Shown piece by piece: positions 50,877 through 64,000 of a stretch of 64,000 nucleotides of DNA. Origin of the DNA: Octopus sinensis (Eukaryota); contig NC_042998.1 in NCBI RefSeq assembly GCF_006345805.1, forward strand, positions 157,294,001 to 157,358,000, given 5' to 3'. The translations under genes and the position numbers were made by a program. Each line of letters starts with the position of its first letter. Within the stretch, counting starts at the first letter, position 1. The notes under the pieces are model-generated. The model searched no databases, had not been told where the DNA came from, and saw nothing but the letters and a program-made list of their open reading frames with translations.

Positions 50877-51790
50877 GTCCATTCTTTATTAACCACGGCG
50901 GGTTAATATAAAAGATTGGGGATGGTATAGGACATACAATACATATAAACTGGGATTGAATCGTGTAAAAAGGGAATAACAACAAAAATTATAACAAATA
51001 AATCCTCAATTGATGGAGACTTCCAAAGGCTGTTCGTGGAAACCCCACAAAAACCACAGTCGCTTTGACCTCTAGGGTAAATGCCTTCTCCTGTTCATCT
51101 ACCTCCGATCTAGAGACGCATGCTTAAAGTAGGCCCGTCCACTCGAGCCATTCGCATTACATTCACCTGCCTTTTAACAGAATTGCTGGGAGGCAGCTCT
51201 TCCTTCTCTACCCTCACTTTGCTTTTCAAGTGAAATATGAAAACGTTGATGAGAGCTTGGCCAAAGAGGTAAGTGCCTGTCTTCAGCACTTTTAACCTTG
51301 TTTACCACACAACTTCTTTCGCTAAGGCCACCAGACAAAGAAACATTGCCTGTCTTTCCCTGCCAAAGGAAGGACAGGCGGGGCGATATTCACGATGGAC
51401 TCAGCTGATACCGGATCAGCCCTGCACGCAACAGCAGGTCTTCGACATAAACCCACAAGTTAGTAATGCTTAGACACTGGACGAGAGCATGCAAAACAGT
51501 TTCGTCACTCTGCGTGCACCTCGGGCAAGCCCGGTTGATCGTACTTCCCTGCCTGTAGAGCTTATCTCGAACTGGCAATCCCCACCGATAGCACATTCAG
51601 CCCCAACCAGAAAGCCCACCGGAATAGACCAGCCTAATCATTCTCATCAACGCCCATAATCTCCCAAAGAACGTCGTCGTAATTACCCGCCACATTTCAG
51701 CTATAGAATGCCTGACTGGAACTTCCACCGACCGCATTGCTTGACCGAGAGAGAACTGTTTAGCAAAAACGTACGATAGTCAGTAATATG
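50877..51790 (-). mobile_element. 3' end of an L1/Tx1-clade LINE
   Basis: CPRCTQSDETVLHALVQC zinc knuckle, downstream AKEVVW region, 3' UTR with AATAAA ending at the (TTA)n tract. Confidence 0.75.
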
Positions 51791-53400
51791 AGGCCGTAGA
51801 GAAATTATTCAACACTTTGTAAATCAATATGCAAAGGTTGTCAGAATATACATTCAAATAACCATGATAAATTCAATTGCTACAAACATTAGTTTCATTC
51901 AAGAATGTCATAATGAAGAAAGTTAACAGTGTGCAGAAACAATCAGAAGGCATTAATTTCTCGTTATGTTCAAATAAAATACTTTATCTCCAGACTTCTA
52001 GAACGCAGAACAGTTTTGTGCAACTGAATTAACTTTCTGTTTGAAGAACCGTTCTAGCCTTGGGCGAAAGTTGTTTGAATCCGTACAACGCCAATCCTGC
52101 CTAATTAGAGTCTGTCCAAACAACTAACTCGCGCTCCAGTAAAACAAAAAAAAAATGTTTTATCATGTCCTACTACATTTTACCGTCAGCAGACTGAAAG
52201 TCGATAGTAAAACAAACAATGAGTATAAAACAAATGTCCAGCAAAAACAAATGTTTGCAAGAAATAAATGTTCATACAAGTGCAAGAAAAAGGAAACAAA
52301 ATGCCAAACAAATATGAATAAACATTACAAGAATAGCAAAATGGAATCAACATCCATCATGGCAGAAAGTATATGAATTGCTGAATGTAAGGTGAGCTAG
52401 CAGTAGCTCTAGGAAAAAATTTAAAGATGTACCTGGCACTAATTTCGTGCACATTTGCTAAGATTAGCAAGGACGACAGAATTGCTAATGTGTAGTAAAT
52501 GATAAAACTGCTTTTTTTTACTGGAGCGCGAGTTAGTTGTTTGGACAGACTCTAATTAGGCAGGGTTGGCGTTGTACGGATTCAAACAAATTTTGCCCAA
52601 GGCTAGAACGATTCTTCAAACAGAAAGTTAATTCAGTTGCTGCTGGTATGTTCGCCAGTCAACCACGTCGTTTGAAACTTCTCTTTTTATCAGCCTCATC
52701 TAGCACATGGAAAGTAACCTGTTTGTTTCCTGATCATTATTTTCCCTGGGTTATCCTGAGCAACTCTGACTCTTCGTATCCATTTTTTCATTTGACATTC
52801 AAGTTGTATGCCTGTAATGAGTTTATTATATCAATTCATTTGGCTTGCTGAATTTGGTCTCTTCAGGAGTACTAGAATCTGTACTATGGAATGTATATCC
52901 AGCTTCATCTTTAAGGCTTGTTGAACTGCCTTAAAGTAGTATGTAGTAAGTGAAACCAAATCTATCCATGTCTTCCACTATATTCTTGTCAGACTGAGGT
53001 CTATAATTTAATGTTTGTACACATTAAAAGTCCTTGTTGCACAAAACTGTTCAGTGTTCTAGAAGTCTGGAGATAAAGTATTTTATTTGAACATAACGAG
53101 AAATTATTGCCTTCTGATTGTTTCTGCACACTGTTAACTTTCTTCATTATGACATTCTTGAATGAAACTAATGTTTGTAGCAATTGAATTTACCATGGTT
53201 ATTTGAATGTATATTCTGACAACCTTTGCATATTGATTTACAAGGTGTTGAATAACTTTCTGTAACGCGTTATATTACTAATGTTTTTGCTAAATTCTTT
53301 ATATTCTGACAACCTTTGCATATTGATTTACAAGGTGTTTAATAACTTTTTGTAACGCGTCATATTACTGACTATCATACGTTTTCGCTAAATTGGTGAC
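51750..53400. mobile_element. Foldback/long-TIR element with a nested 395-bp insertion
   Basis: Left arm about 51750-52145; right arm 52515-52640 plus 53036-53392; insertion 52641-53035 flanked by a GTTGC duplication; ~88-bp tandem duplication near the right end. Confidence 0.8.
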
Positions 53401-53794
53401 CACCCAACGCTGTAATATTTCTGTTGGAAATATTCTCTAAAAAAAATTTGGTAGTATAACTATGCTACAGAAAGTATATTTTGAGCCTAGGTGATATATA
53501 TTTTGCAACGTTTGAACCTTGTGTGTGTACGTTATGCTGTTTTGAATATTATTGCTTCATGACATTAGTCAAAAGTTCCTGCCTGGATATATCATCATTA
53601 TGTATAGATTCAAGCTAGAACAAGACGTTTATAAACACTGACTTTTCATTAAATTTCTTTAACCCAAAAGACAATGCAGTTTGGAGTACAGAATTTTGGG
53701 GAAGAGGATGAGTCGATTACATCAATCCTAGTGTTCAACTGGTACTTCTTTTATCGACCCCGAAAGGATGAAAGGTAATGTCGAACACGGCGGA

Positions 53795-53857
<63 letters not shown>

Positions 53858-53858
<1 letters not shown>

Positions 53859-56800
53859 GGGCATATGGGTATTTGTTAGTGATAGCACTTCTGTTCACTA
53901 TCTGTCGCATGCCAAGAGCATGGCATGGATGATGATGACTGCTTCACAACAAAAGCTCAACTCTCACTTGACTCCAAGTAGCCGGTTGTGCACTCCGGCG
54001 GTGATGCCCGGGGACATCCACTCGACAGTGGGGCTAAACTAAGGGAGGGGCAACGGCAGTTAGACTGCTGTTGTAGCTGAAGGGATACCTTCCCTTAAGT
54101 GCATGAAGTCTGAGATGGCGGAGAGAGTGGATGACCCATAGAGTCAGATGGACAACGGCCTTGAAGGCGGAACCAGCAATGTGTGTGATACACATAGGGC
54201 ACACTCAGGCACTCCATGAGTATGTGGCTAATCACCATCAATATACCCAGTAGTTTACCCATAATGGATAAATTAAAAAAAAAACAACTCATACCGCATC
54301 ACTCGTCTCGCGGATCAACAAGGAGCGCGCCCCCTAACGAGGAGTCAGGCTGGGAGCGAAATGTTGGTTACTGATTCGAAATCTACCTACTCCCGGGCAA
54401 CTGTGGGCAACTTAACCGAGGAAAACCTCACCCTGAGCCCCACCGATGCAAGCTATACTACATGCAAAGCCCCTAGAACTAAATGGAATCGGGAAGAGTA
54501 TAAACTAGTAATGGAAGCATGCTACACGGCGGTAGTCACACCATCAGAATATAACATGACAAAAAGAACTTATCAATTATGGTGACAACAAAATCCAACT
54601 TCAAGGTTAAATGTGGATCCCAACAAGTTAGGGAATGTCTGAAGAGATATCATTAAAAAACTGGAGGCTCACAGACACTGAGCTGGAAGAAATAAAAGAA
54701 AAAGTCAACAGATCTCACCGTATAACACCAAATACAAACGAAATAGAAATAGGGACTACAGAAAACCAAGAAGAAGATGTATTTGAGGAGCCCTCTGTGG
54801 GTAATGAGATAGAAGAACCTGTAAAACAACCAGCAGCATGAAACAGTGACATGGATAGGGAGAAATATTTGGAACTAAAAGAAATACAGAGAAAATAATG
54901 GGAACAGGTAAAAGCATAAGACATCACAGACAGAGAGCTCCTATCAAAGTCAGTATGGATAATAACCTGAAGGAGTTGATTAAAATTAGCAATAATGTAA
55001 TAGATAAGATAAAATCGACAACAATAGAACCACTAAATATAGCATCGTTAAACCAACTAGTCTATGCTACAGCTGCAACTATTACTGAAGCAAAGCCATA
55101 AAACTAAAAAAGAAAAGTGTTCAACAGAAGAAAAGACAACTAAAATGGAAAGAAAACTTAGAAAATGATATACAATGCATGAAAGGCGACCTATCAGTAC
55201 TGACCGAAATAAGTAACGGAAACCAGGTCAACCAAAGAAAAGCCAAGAAAATATGCCAAAAGCATGGTATGAAACACAAAAATGAAATACCTGAAGCAAA
55301 AGAAAACCCAAGCAAAGGCACAACGACTGTCACGATATATAAAGAGAAACAAGCAATTTAGACAAAACAAATTATTTAAAGAAGATCGAAATTTTACAGG
55401 GAACTCGGTAAACAACAAATAAATGTTGAACAATCGCCACATTTCTGGAGTACGATATTGGAAAATGAAAAGCAACATAATGAAGATGTAGAATGGAGTA
55501 AAGAACTGGAAGCACTTCTGGAAAATAAAGAAGTACAGGAATGGGAAGATATTCAAAAGGAGGAGGTCACACTGGCCCTGAAAAAGGCCAGCAATTGGAA
55601 ATCACCGGGAACAGATCGAGTACCAAACATTCGGATTAAACAGCTAGCTGATATACATGGAGATATGTCATCAGCATACAGCGAAGTCATTAAAACCCCA
55701 GAAAATAGCCCAGACTGTTTGACACAGGGAGTGACATACCTAATACCAAAGACAAATGACACGGAAAATCCAAAAAACTATGGACCAATCACCTGTCGAC
55801 CAACAATGTATAAAATATTAACATATGTTATCACTGAAAGAACATACACATTTCTAGAAGAAAACAACCTACTACCACTAGAAGAAAACGGTTGTCGAAG
55901 AGGGAGCTACGGATGCAAGGACCAATTGCTGATAAACAAACTGATCCTTGAAGACTGAAAAACCAGGAAAACGAACCTGAGCACATCATGGATCGACTAT
56001 AAAAAGGCGTTCGATAGTGTACCTCACTCATGGATTCTGAAAGTGATAGAAGTATACAAAGTTTCCCCAACTCTCATCAAGTTTATGAATCATAGCATGA
56101 ATGCATGGGAAACCACGTTGACGCTGAACCATTTCAGTGGATCAATAACAAGCAAACCAATCAAAATCAAAAGTGGTATCTTCCAAGGGGATTCGCTAGC
56201 ACCCTTAATATTCTGCTTGGCACTGGCACCATTAAGTACCATGCTCAACAAAACTGGGTATGGATATGAAATCAAAAAGAAAAAAGGGAGTCATCTGTTC
56301 TACATGGATGATTTGAAAATGTACTCAAAAAATGACGAAGAAGGTCAATTTGCTATGGTTAAAAAGTTCAGTGATGATATCAGGATGTAGTTGGACTGGA
56401 TAAATGCGTGAAAACCACTTTCATAAGAGGCAAACTGGCATGTTCTGCGAATATACACGTAGATACAGAAGCAAGAATCCGAGCACTGGACCAGGAAGAG
56501 GCATAGACGAAAGTAACGGCATAAAACATTCAGCAATGAAAGAGAAGATTAGAAAAGAGTACTATAGGAGACTACGGTTAGTAACAAAGACTGAACTCAA
56601 CGCTGCAAACAAAATAGAAGCCATTAACACCCTTGCATTACCTATCGTAGCTTACGGTTTCAACATAATCAACTGACAAAAGAGCGAAATAAAAAAGCTA
56701 GACTCCAAGACCAGAAAACTACTAACCATGGCTTGAATGAACCACCCAAAGCGGACGTGAGAATGATTTATTTGCCGAGAAGAGGACTAACTCAATTAGA

Positions 56801-57905
56801 AGTATCTTACAAAACCACCACTGTAGGATTAAATACATATCTTGAGCTATCAAAAGATCCTCTAATGAAGCTTGTGCACCAGCATGATAAAGTAAAGAAG
56901 CTATACTCGGTATACAAAGAATCTGTACAGTTTAAGAAACAACTTATGACGGAGGAACCTAGGATGAAAGCGAGTGAGAAAGTAACCCATTTCGCTAAAA
57001 GTATTAAGGAAGAGATGAAAAAACAAGCTCAGAAGAAGAGCAAAGAAGAATGGCTAGAAAAGCCGATGCATGGCCAATACCCATGCAGAGCGAACAAACC
57101 AGATGTAGAAAAACGAGACACTTATGTATGTACGAAGAGCCCAGGACTGAAGACTGAAACCGAAGGTTTTATCATAGCAGCACAAGATTAAAGCTTGGCA
57201 ACCAGGGCTTACCACAACAAAATCATGAACGATGGCACTGACATGAAATGCAGAATGTGTCATGAGCAGTATAAAACAGTGAACCACATCTTAACTGGAT
57301 GCACAGCGCTTGCAAAAACTGAATATGTTCCTAGACACGATAGAGTAGCGCAATATATCCATTGGAAGATATGTAAACACTACCAGTTTCCAAGTTCAGA
57401 AAGATGGTACCACAGCATAAACCTGAAACTGCGACCGGAAAAGATGATGTAACAGTACTCTGGGACATGCCAATCAACAACGATAAAGAAATCAAGGAAA
57501 ACAGGCGGGACATGATCATCAAAGATGGGAAAAATAAGAAATGCTTAATGATAGATTTGACAGTACTATCAGAGAGAAATGTGTCCATTAAAGAAGTTAT
57601 TTAAGTACAAAGACCTATAAATAGAAGTGACCAAGATGTGGGGAATGAAAAGCAGCACAGCACCAGTGGTGATTGGAGCGTTAGGGCTTATTAAAAAGGG
57701 CTTTGATAAGCAGTTCAACAAAATCCCTTGCAGTGTTAACATGGAAGAACTTTAAAAAATAGTGTTGCTAAGTTCCGCACACATTTTAAGCCATGTACTC
57801 TCCATGAGATGAGGACCTGCTGTGACCCTAGGGTCAAAGGATGACCCCGGTTCAGCAGAAGACAACGGACCATATTTTATTTTTAAAATAACAAAATAAT
57901 AATAG
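53858..57905 (+). mobile_element. Full-length, decayed R4/Dong-type LINE (family D)
   Basis: Starts after (AAT)n; KWNREEYK N-terminus; NWKSPG, WIDYKKAFDS, GIFQGDS and YMDD; CRMC...HILTGC, RHD and RLE; ends in AATAATAAT. Confidence 0.92.
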
Positions 57906-58506
57906 TGTTAGAGCACCGAAGGTCGGATATAGTAACTATTATGAACCATATAAGAGTGCCTAATAATCGACATAGATCAACATATCATCAGGAAAGAAAG
58001 AGAAAAAGTCGATAAATATGGAGACCTGAGAATTGAAATCGCTAAGATGTGGAAGCTATGAGAATCGAACATAAAGGTTATCCCTATTGTCATCGGAGCA
58101 TTGGGATCAATGCCACCCAATCTGAAAAATATCTGAAAACCTTATTGCAAAAGTCGACATTACTTGGAACTGCACGCATATTGCGTAAAGAACTGTCTGT
58201 CTGAGGTCTTTGTGACTTACAAACAGTACAATATCTTCAATCAACATCTTCACATCATTGTATACTGTACAACGTCTATAACAACAACAACAACAACAAT
58301 AATGTCTATGTAATCTCAATTTTAAAACAAGCACCTAATTTTCTTATGGCTTCTTAAACATTCTCTAGAACAACACTATGTACAAAACCAAATATATGGC
58401 ACCCTAAGCATAACACCAAAATGAACTTCTAACTTGTTGTCTCTTGAGATCTCTGGATGAGACTTGGAACCAACTTGTACAAATGCAAAGCAAAAGTCAC
58501 ACATAA

Positions 58507-58587
<81 letters not shown>

Positions 58588-58959
58588 GCTTTCTAATTGA
58601 TGTATCAATACCGGCAGATGACAACGTGTCTCTAAAAGAAATGGAGAAACTCTCAAAATACAAAGACCTGGAAATAGAGGTAACTAGAATGTGGAACCTG
58701 AAAACAGAAACAATTCCTATCATAGTAGGTGCATTAGGCATGATAAAAAAATATTCAGACAAATACATAACAAAAACACCAGGACTTACAAACACATATA
58801 ACATACAGAAAATTGCACTACTAGGCACTGCACACATCCTACGCAGAACACTTTCCATACAATAACCATCAGAGCATCACAACAAATCACAGCACATACC
58901 CAAGGCACACAGAGCTGCGCTCGGTAGTGAAGTGAAAACACGCTATAAAAATAAAACTA

Positions 58960-59045
<86 letters not shown>

Positions 59046-59450
59046 TAATAATAAGTCGTTGAAGGCAAAAATTTCACTATCCTTTGGGAATTTCCAGTCA
59101 ACACCGACAGAACGATCCAGGCTAATCGATCAGACAAAATTATTAAAAACAAGGAAGAAAATACTTATAAACTAATAGATTCAAGTATTCCCACAGATAA
59201 AATATATCTAGAAAGGAATTTGACAAATTTAGTAAATACAAACACCTGAAAATTTTGAAATATAAAACATGTAGCATCTAAAAGCAAAAGCCGTTCCGGT
59301 AATTGTATGTGCTTTAGGTATAATAAAAAAGGGATGACAGAAATATCTAAACATCCCATGCCTCAAGGAAATCCAACAGATTGTGCTGAGAAGTACTGCC
59401 CTCATCCTCGAAAAACTCTATCGGCTTAAATGTATGTGTTGTAATGACTC
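57906..59450 (+). mobile_element. Series of Dong-type 3' fragments: 57906-58270, 58305-58507 (3' UTR), 58586-58962 (family A), 59053-59450
   Basis: RLE C-terminal motifs (KY.DL..EI..MW, IP(I)VIGALG, GTA.ILR) separated by (AAT)n/(ACA)n tracts; the identity of 58305-58507 is less certain. Confidence 0.8.
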
Positions 59451-59560
59451 TGAATTAGATGAATAATCTAAAACCACTTATCAAATATACAAGTTCAAAG
59501 TAAATAACAGTGATGATGATGATGATGATGGTAGTGATAATGATAATAATGATAATAATG

Positions 59561-59646
<86 letters not shown>

Positions 59647-59678
59647 TAATAATAATAATAATAATAATGATAATAATT

Positions 59679-60795
59679 AAAGCTCGTGGAAAATCACGAG
59701 AGACGAAAGAAGCTTCATTCTATCATAAAGGAAAGCAAAAAATTTGCTATTGATCTCGTGCAGGATACCCAAACTGAACAACCCGAGGGAAGTACGGCAA
59801 CTATTGTTGCAAAGAAGGTGAAAATGATGGCAATGAAAAAAGCGCACGAGCAATTGGGTGATAGGTGGGAGGAGAAACCTCTGCACGGCAAATATGCGAC
59901 CCGCAGCAAACAAGCTGATGTTGACCAGAAGCAAACCCATCAGTGGCTACGGAGCTCAGGGCTAAAAGCAGAGAGCGAAGGTTTCATCCTGGCTGCTCAA
60001 GATCAAAGCCTATTAACCCGGAACTACCAGGCCAATGTGATGAAAAATGGAGCAGACCCAAAATGCCGATTCTGCAACGACATGATTGAAACAGTGGACC
60101 ACCTAATCTCTGGGTCTTAGCACCAGTGGAGTATAAATTAAGACATGACAGAGTTGGCCAATATCTCCACTGGCTAATAAGTCGGCATTACAATATCAAA
60201 ACTGCCGACAAGTGGTATAATCACCACCCTGAGGCTGTAACTGAAGGAGAAAATGTAACCATTCTGTGGGACTTTCCAATACATACAGACCGAACCATCA
60301 AGGCCAATAAACCAGATATTGTTGTGAAAGACCAAAACAATAAAGTTTACTTATTGATCGACATGAGCATCCCCTGTGATCATAATATCTCAGCGAAAGA
60401 GTTTGACAAGCTCAGAAAATATAAAGACCTACTCATTGAAATTGAGAAAATGTGGCATCTCAAGGCGGTTACAATACCAGTGATCGTAGGAGCACTAGGA
60501 ATGATCAAGAAGGGAACCGAAAATTATATGAGAATGATCCCTGGCTTACCATCCCTGCAAGAAGTGCAAAAGATTGTCTTAACTGGTACATCACACGTAT
60601 TGAGAAGAGCATTGTCGATGTGAGAACTGTTGTTGCTCATGTATTTTAATTTAACTTAAAAAAAAAAAAAAATGAACGAACTACTGAGTTTGGTTTAATG
60701 GCCTACCAAGGTATACTATGAGTTTCTTTGCCGTAGGAGTCGGGAAGACACTCGGCAAGAAATGGAAGCAAATTTGAAAGAAGAAAAAAAAAGTA
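59679..60795 (+). mobile_element. 3' third of Dong-type family B
   Basis: ORFs 59686-60120 and 60126-60623: EKPLHG, WLRSSGLKAESEG, CRFC...HLISG, RHD and KPDIVV; 3' UTR like 20900-21070. Confidence 0.92.
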
Positions 60796-60846
60796 ATAAT
60801 GATAATAATAATGATAATGATACTACTACTACTACTACTACTACTA

Positions 60847-60877
<31 letters not shown>

Positions 60878-60918
60878 ACTACTACTACTACTACTACTAC
60901 TACTAAAAATAATAATAA

Positions 60919-61467
60919 ATGTCCTGATCCAGTACTAGACAGTGACTCTCATAGCTTCTGATTTTAACTGATTGGAAGTGTTATCATGTACATTGTTTTG
61001 TCTTGGTGTAAAAGATGGGCTATAACAAATATTCTGCTCAATACCACAGATTTGATTGTCAGTTGTTTCACCTTAACCAGTTGAGCATGTCCTTTAGTGG
61101 CTGACAATATGTGCATCTCTGATCCCGAGCAGAAGTAATTGAGGAGCATCATAGACGTGTGTTGAAAGGAATTCTTCGAGGTTTGGACAATTCACCTTTG
61201 GAAACATGGGTGTTTCGTTCAAAATCCTTAATCCTTATTCAGGGGCCTTTTGAGCGGGATGGGTTATTCGACCAGAAGAAATTTCTAACTGAGCCCCACC
61301 TGCAAGGTCATGCGCTGTTTATCTTGATAGAAGACCAGCCTGTCGCGCACACATAGTTGTGATGCATGTGTCTGGTGTACCTTTATCAGACGGGTAGTCA
61401 TGATGGGTATACTGGGCTTCGTATATTTTACCCCAGTGCCACTTTGATTGCATGCACTCTCTCACAC
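60919..61467 (+). mobile_element. Complete ~550-bp non-coding element flanked by (AAT)n
   Basis: Clearly similar along its length to 62659-63191; no meaningful ORF; no tRNA A/B boxes recognised. Confidence 0.85.
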
Positions 61468-61582
<115 letters not shown>

Positions 61583-61610
61583 TAATAAGAAGAAGAAGAA
61601 GAAGAAGAAG

Positions 61611-62658
61611 AAGGACAGAAAGACAAGAAAGATGCTGACTAGATATGGGATACTCCGCCCAACAAGTGACACATACTATGTACTAAGAAAAAGAGGGGAA
61701 GCGAACTGATTGAATGCCAAAACAGCATTAGAGCAGAAGAAAAGTACATAGTATGGCATCTAAAAAATGCCACAAAACCGCTATTATTGGAAGTACGAGG
61801 GTCAGGCTTGTGGAACATTGCAAAGGTAAAGCACTGTACAAGCATTTGAGAATGAATAAAACTGAAAATAGGTGGATAAAGAAAATATGTTGAAGATAAA
61901 CCAGGCAGAGAAAAATATGGTTATGGAAGATTAAAAGTGACTAATAACTGGAAAAGGAGGTTCTAATATCTGCTGTCCAAGAGCAAGCATTAAGAACTAG
62001 TTATGTAAAATACAGAATAGACAACACATCAGGAAGTGGTAAGTGCAGAATTTATGGACAAAATGGTGAAACTGTATGACATATTACCAGTCAATGTACG
62101 CCACTAGCCCAGAAGGAATATAAGAGACGTCATGACAATATAGCAAGGATTGTCCAATGGACATTTTGCAACAAGAATGGACTTGACAGAGCAAAAATGT
62201 GGTGAGAACATAAACCCGAAGGCATCATCGAAAATGATAATGATTCTATGGGATTTTATGATTCAGTGCGACCATGAGATAGAGAATAGGAAACCATACA
62301 TAGTGTTAATTGAGAAAGAAAGCAAACGATGCTGGATAATAGATATAGGATGCCCAGCTAACAACAAGGTATGCGATAAAGAAGAAAGAACGGTCGATAG
62401 ATATGACAGGTAGCTTAGGAGGTTAAGCAGTTAAGGTAGTAGTACCAATAATTGTCGGAGCTCTGGGAACAATGAGTAAAAATCTCGTGAAGTACACGGA
62501 ACAAATAGGCGCTGCAATAGGGGTGGAGCACTTGCAGAAAACAGCACTGCATGGAACCGCTCGAATACTCCAGATGGTACTCAAAAAATAAGGGGTGTTA
62601 CCTTAGTTCACTGATAGTGAACAGCTGATACAGTAATACATCTCAAGCATTAGAAGCT
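61611..62658 (+). mobile_element. Decayed 3' part of a Dong-type LINE (family C-like)
   Basis: RGSELIEC, AVQEQALRTSYVKYRID, RRHDNIAR, LWDFMIQCDHEIENRKP and GTARILQ motifs. Confidence 0.82.
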
Positions 62659-63191
62659 GTGGCTCTCATGGCTTCTGATCTTAACTGATTGGAAGTGTCA
62701 TCATGTACTTAGTTTTGTCTTGGTATAAAAGATGGGCTACAGCAAATATTCTGCTCAATACCACAGATTTGCTTGTCAGTTGTTTCACCTTAACCAGTTG
62801 AGCATGTCCCTTAGTGGCTGACGATTTGTGCATCTCTGATCACGAGCAGAAGTAGTGGGAGAGCATCATAGCCATGTGTTGAGTGGGATTCTTTGGGGTT
62901 TGAATAATTCACCTCTGGAAACATGGGTGGTTCTTTCAACATCCTTAAACAACCCTTATTCAGGGACCTTTTGAGCGGGATGGGCTACTCAACCTGAAGA
63001 AATTTCTAACTGGGCCCCACCTGCAAGGTCATATGCTGTTTATCTTGATATGAGATCACCATGTCGCGCACATATGGTTGTAATGCATGTGCTTGGTGTA
63101 CCCTTATCAGACGGGTAGTCATGATGGGTATATTGGGCTTCGTATATTTTACCCCAGTGTCACTTTGATGGCATGAACTGCTCTCTCACTC
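62659..63191 (+). mobile_element. Second copy of the ~550-bp non-coding element, missing about 20 bp at its 5' end
   Basis: Joined directly to the preceding LINE 3' UTR at GCTGTG/GCAGTG microhomology; (AAT)n tail. Confidence 0.85.
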
Positions 63192-63235
<44 letters not shown>

Positions 63236-63242
63236 TAATAAC

Positions 63243-63283
<41 letters not shown>

Positions 63284-63299
63284 GAATAGGAATAAGAAT

Positions 63300-63331
<32 letters not shown>

Positions 63332-63349
63332 AAAATAATAATAAATACA

Positions 63350-63645
63350 ACTCTCTTTAGTACGAAATAGCCCGGTTATGGAAAATGCAGAAGGGAAAGA
63401 TAGTGCCAATTACTGTCGGGTCCTTGGGAACAGTATCAGAAGGCATCAAGAGGAATATCAAGGAAATTAGAATAGAGTGACCAGTAGAACTGTTACAAAA
63501 GATTTGCCTCCTTGGTATGACCAGAATAATTAGGAAAGTTTTATGTAACTGTAAAGAAAGGATAACATGGTACTGTAGGCTGCAGGTAGCATGCTCGCTA
63601 CGCATGCAAGACTCTAGGAGTTCTAAAAAAGCTGTGATAAAAGGA
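63350..63645 (+). mobile_element. Dong-type 3' end fragment
   Basis: YEIARLWKMQK.KIVPITVGSLGTVS...LLQKICLLG; followed by (AAT)/(GAT)/(AAG)n. Confidence 0.75.
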
Positions 63646-63667
63646 AATAATAATAATAATAATAATA

Positions 63668-63711
<44 letters not shown>

Positions 63712-63828
63712 AATAATAATAATAATAATAACAATAATAATAATAATAACAATAATAATAATGATAATAATAATGATAATAATAATAATAAGAAGAAGAA
63801 GAAGAAGAAACAGAAAAAGAAACAGAAG

Positions 63829-63860
<32 letters not shown>

Positions 63861-64000
63861 GAAGAAGAAGAAGAAACAGAAGAATAATAAACAGAAGAAG
63901 AAGAAGAAGAAGAAGAAGAAGAAGAGAAGAAGAAACAGAAGAAGAAGAAACAGAAGAAGAAGAAACAGAAGAAGAAGAAGAAGAAGAAGAAGAAGAAGAA
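63646..64000. repeat. Compound (AAT)n/(GAT)n/(AAG)n microsatellite
   Basis: Direct reading. Confidence 0.95.

Noticed and set aside
60919-60975. Resemblance of CCTG-ATGCAGTAC-CAGG and ATCAGTTAAGATCAG to U2 snRNA stem-loops
   Set aside because: Matches are short, fall on different strands and are not colinear with U2; treated as chance unless an Rfam search says otherwise.

Overview
AT-rich, microsatellite-dense eukaryotic DNA. The SINE, LINE and microsatellite repertoire looks like an octopus (coleoid cephalopod) genome; this is my recognition, not a database result. It is not prokaryotic: no operons, CRISPR, rRNA or tRNA genes. Most of the window is transposable elements: (1) at least a dozen copies or fragments of R4/Dong-type RLE-endonuclease LINEs, most of them abutting (TAA)n tracts, including a head-to-tail same-strand pile-up from about 53.8 to 64 kb; (2) a near-full-length RTE LINE with three C-terminal C2H2 fingers inside a (GTAT)n tract; (3) three Penelope-like GIY-YIG fragments (two Neptune-type, one Naiad-like) and several hammerhead ribozyme (HHR) motifs; (4) three mariners and a Tc1/maT tail; (5) Helitron and Helentron remnants, a Tx1/L1 3' end and many tRNA-derived SINEs. 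A few minus-strand exon candidates suggest an unidentified host gene or pseudogene between about 0.9 and 27 kb, but I could not build a fully consistent model. The best leads are a ~550-bp non-coding element found in (TAA)n tracts (a candidate non-autonomous Dong passenger), the (TAA)n retroelement pile-up, and a 362-bp inverted-repeat unit with an intact HHR core on each strand. Degraded element boundaries are approximate.
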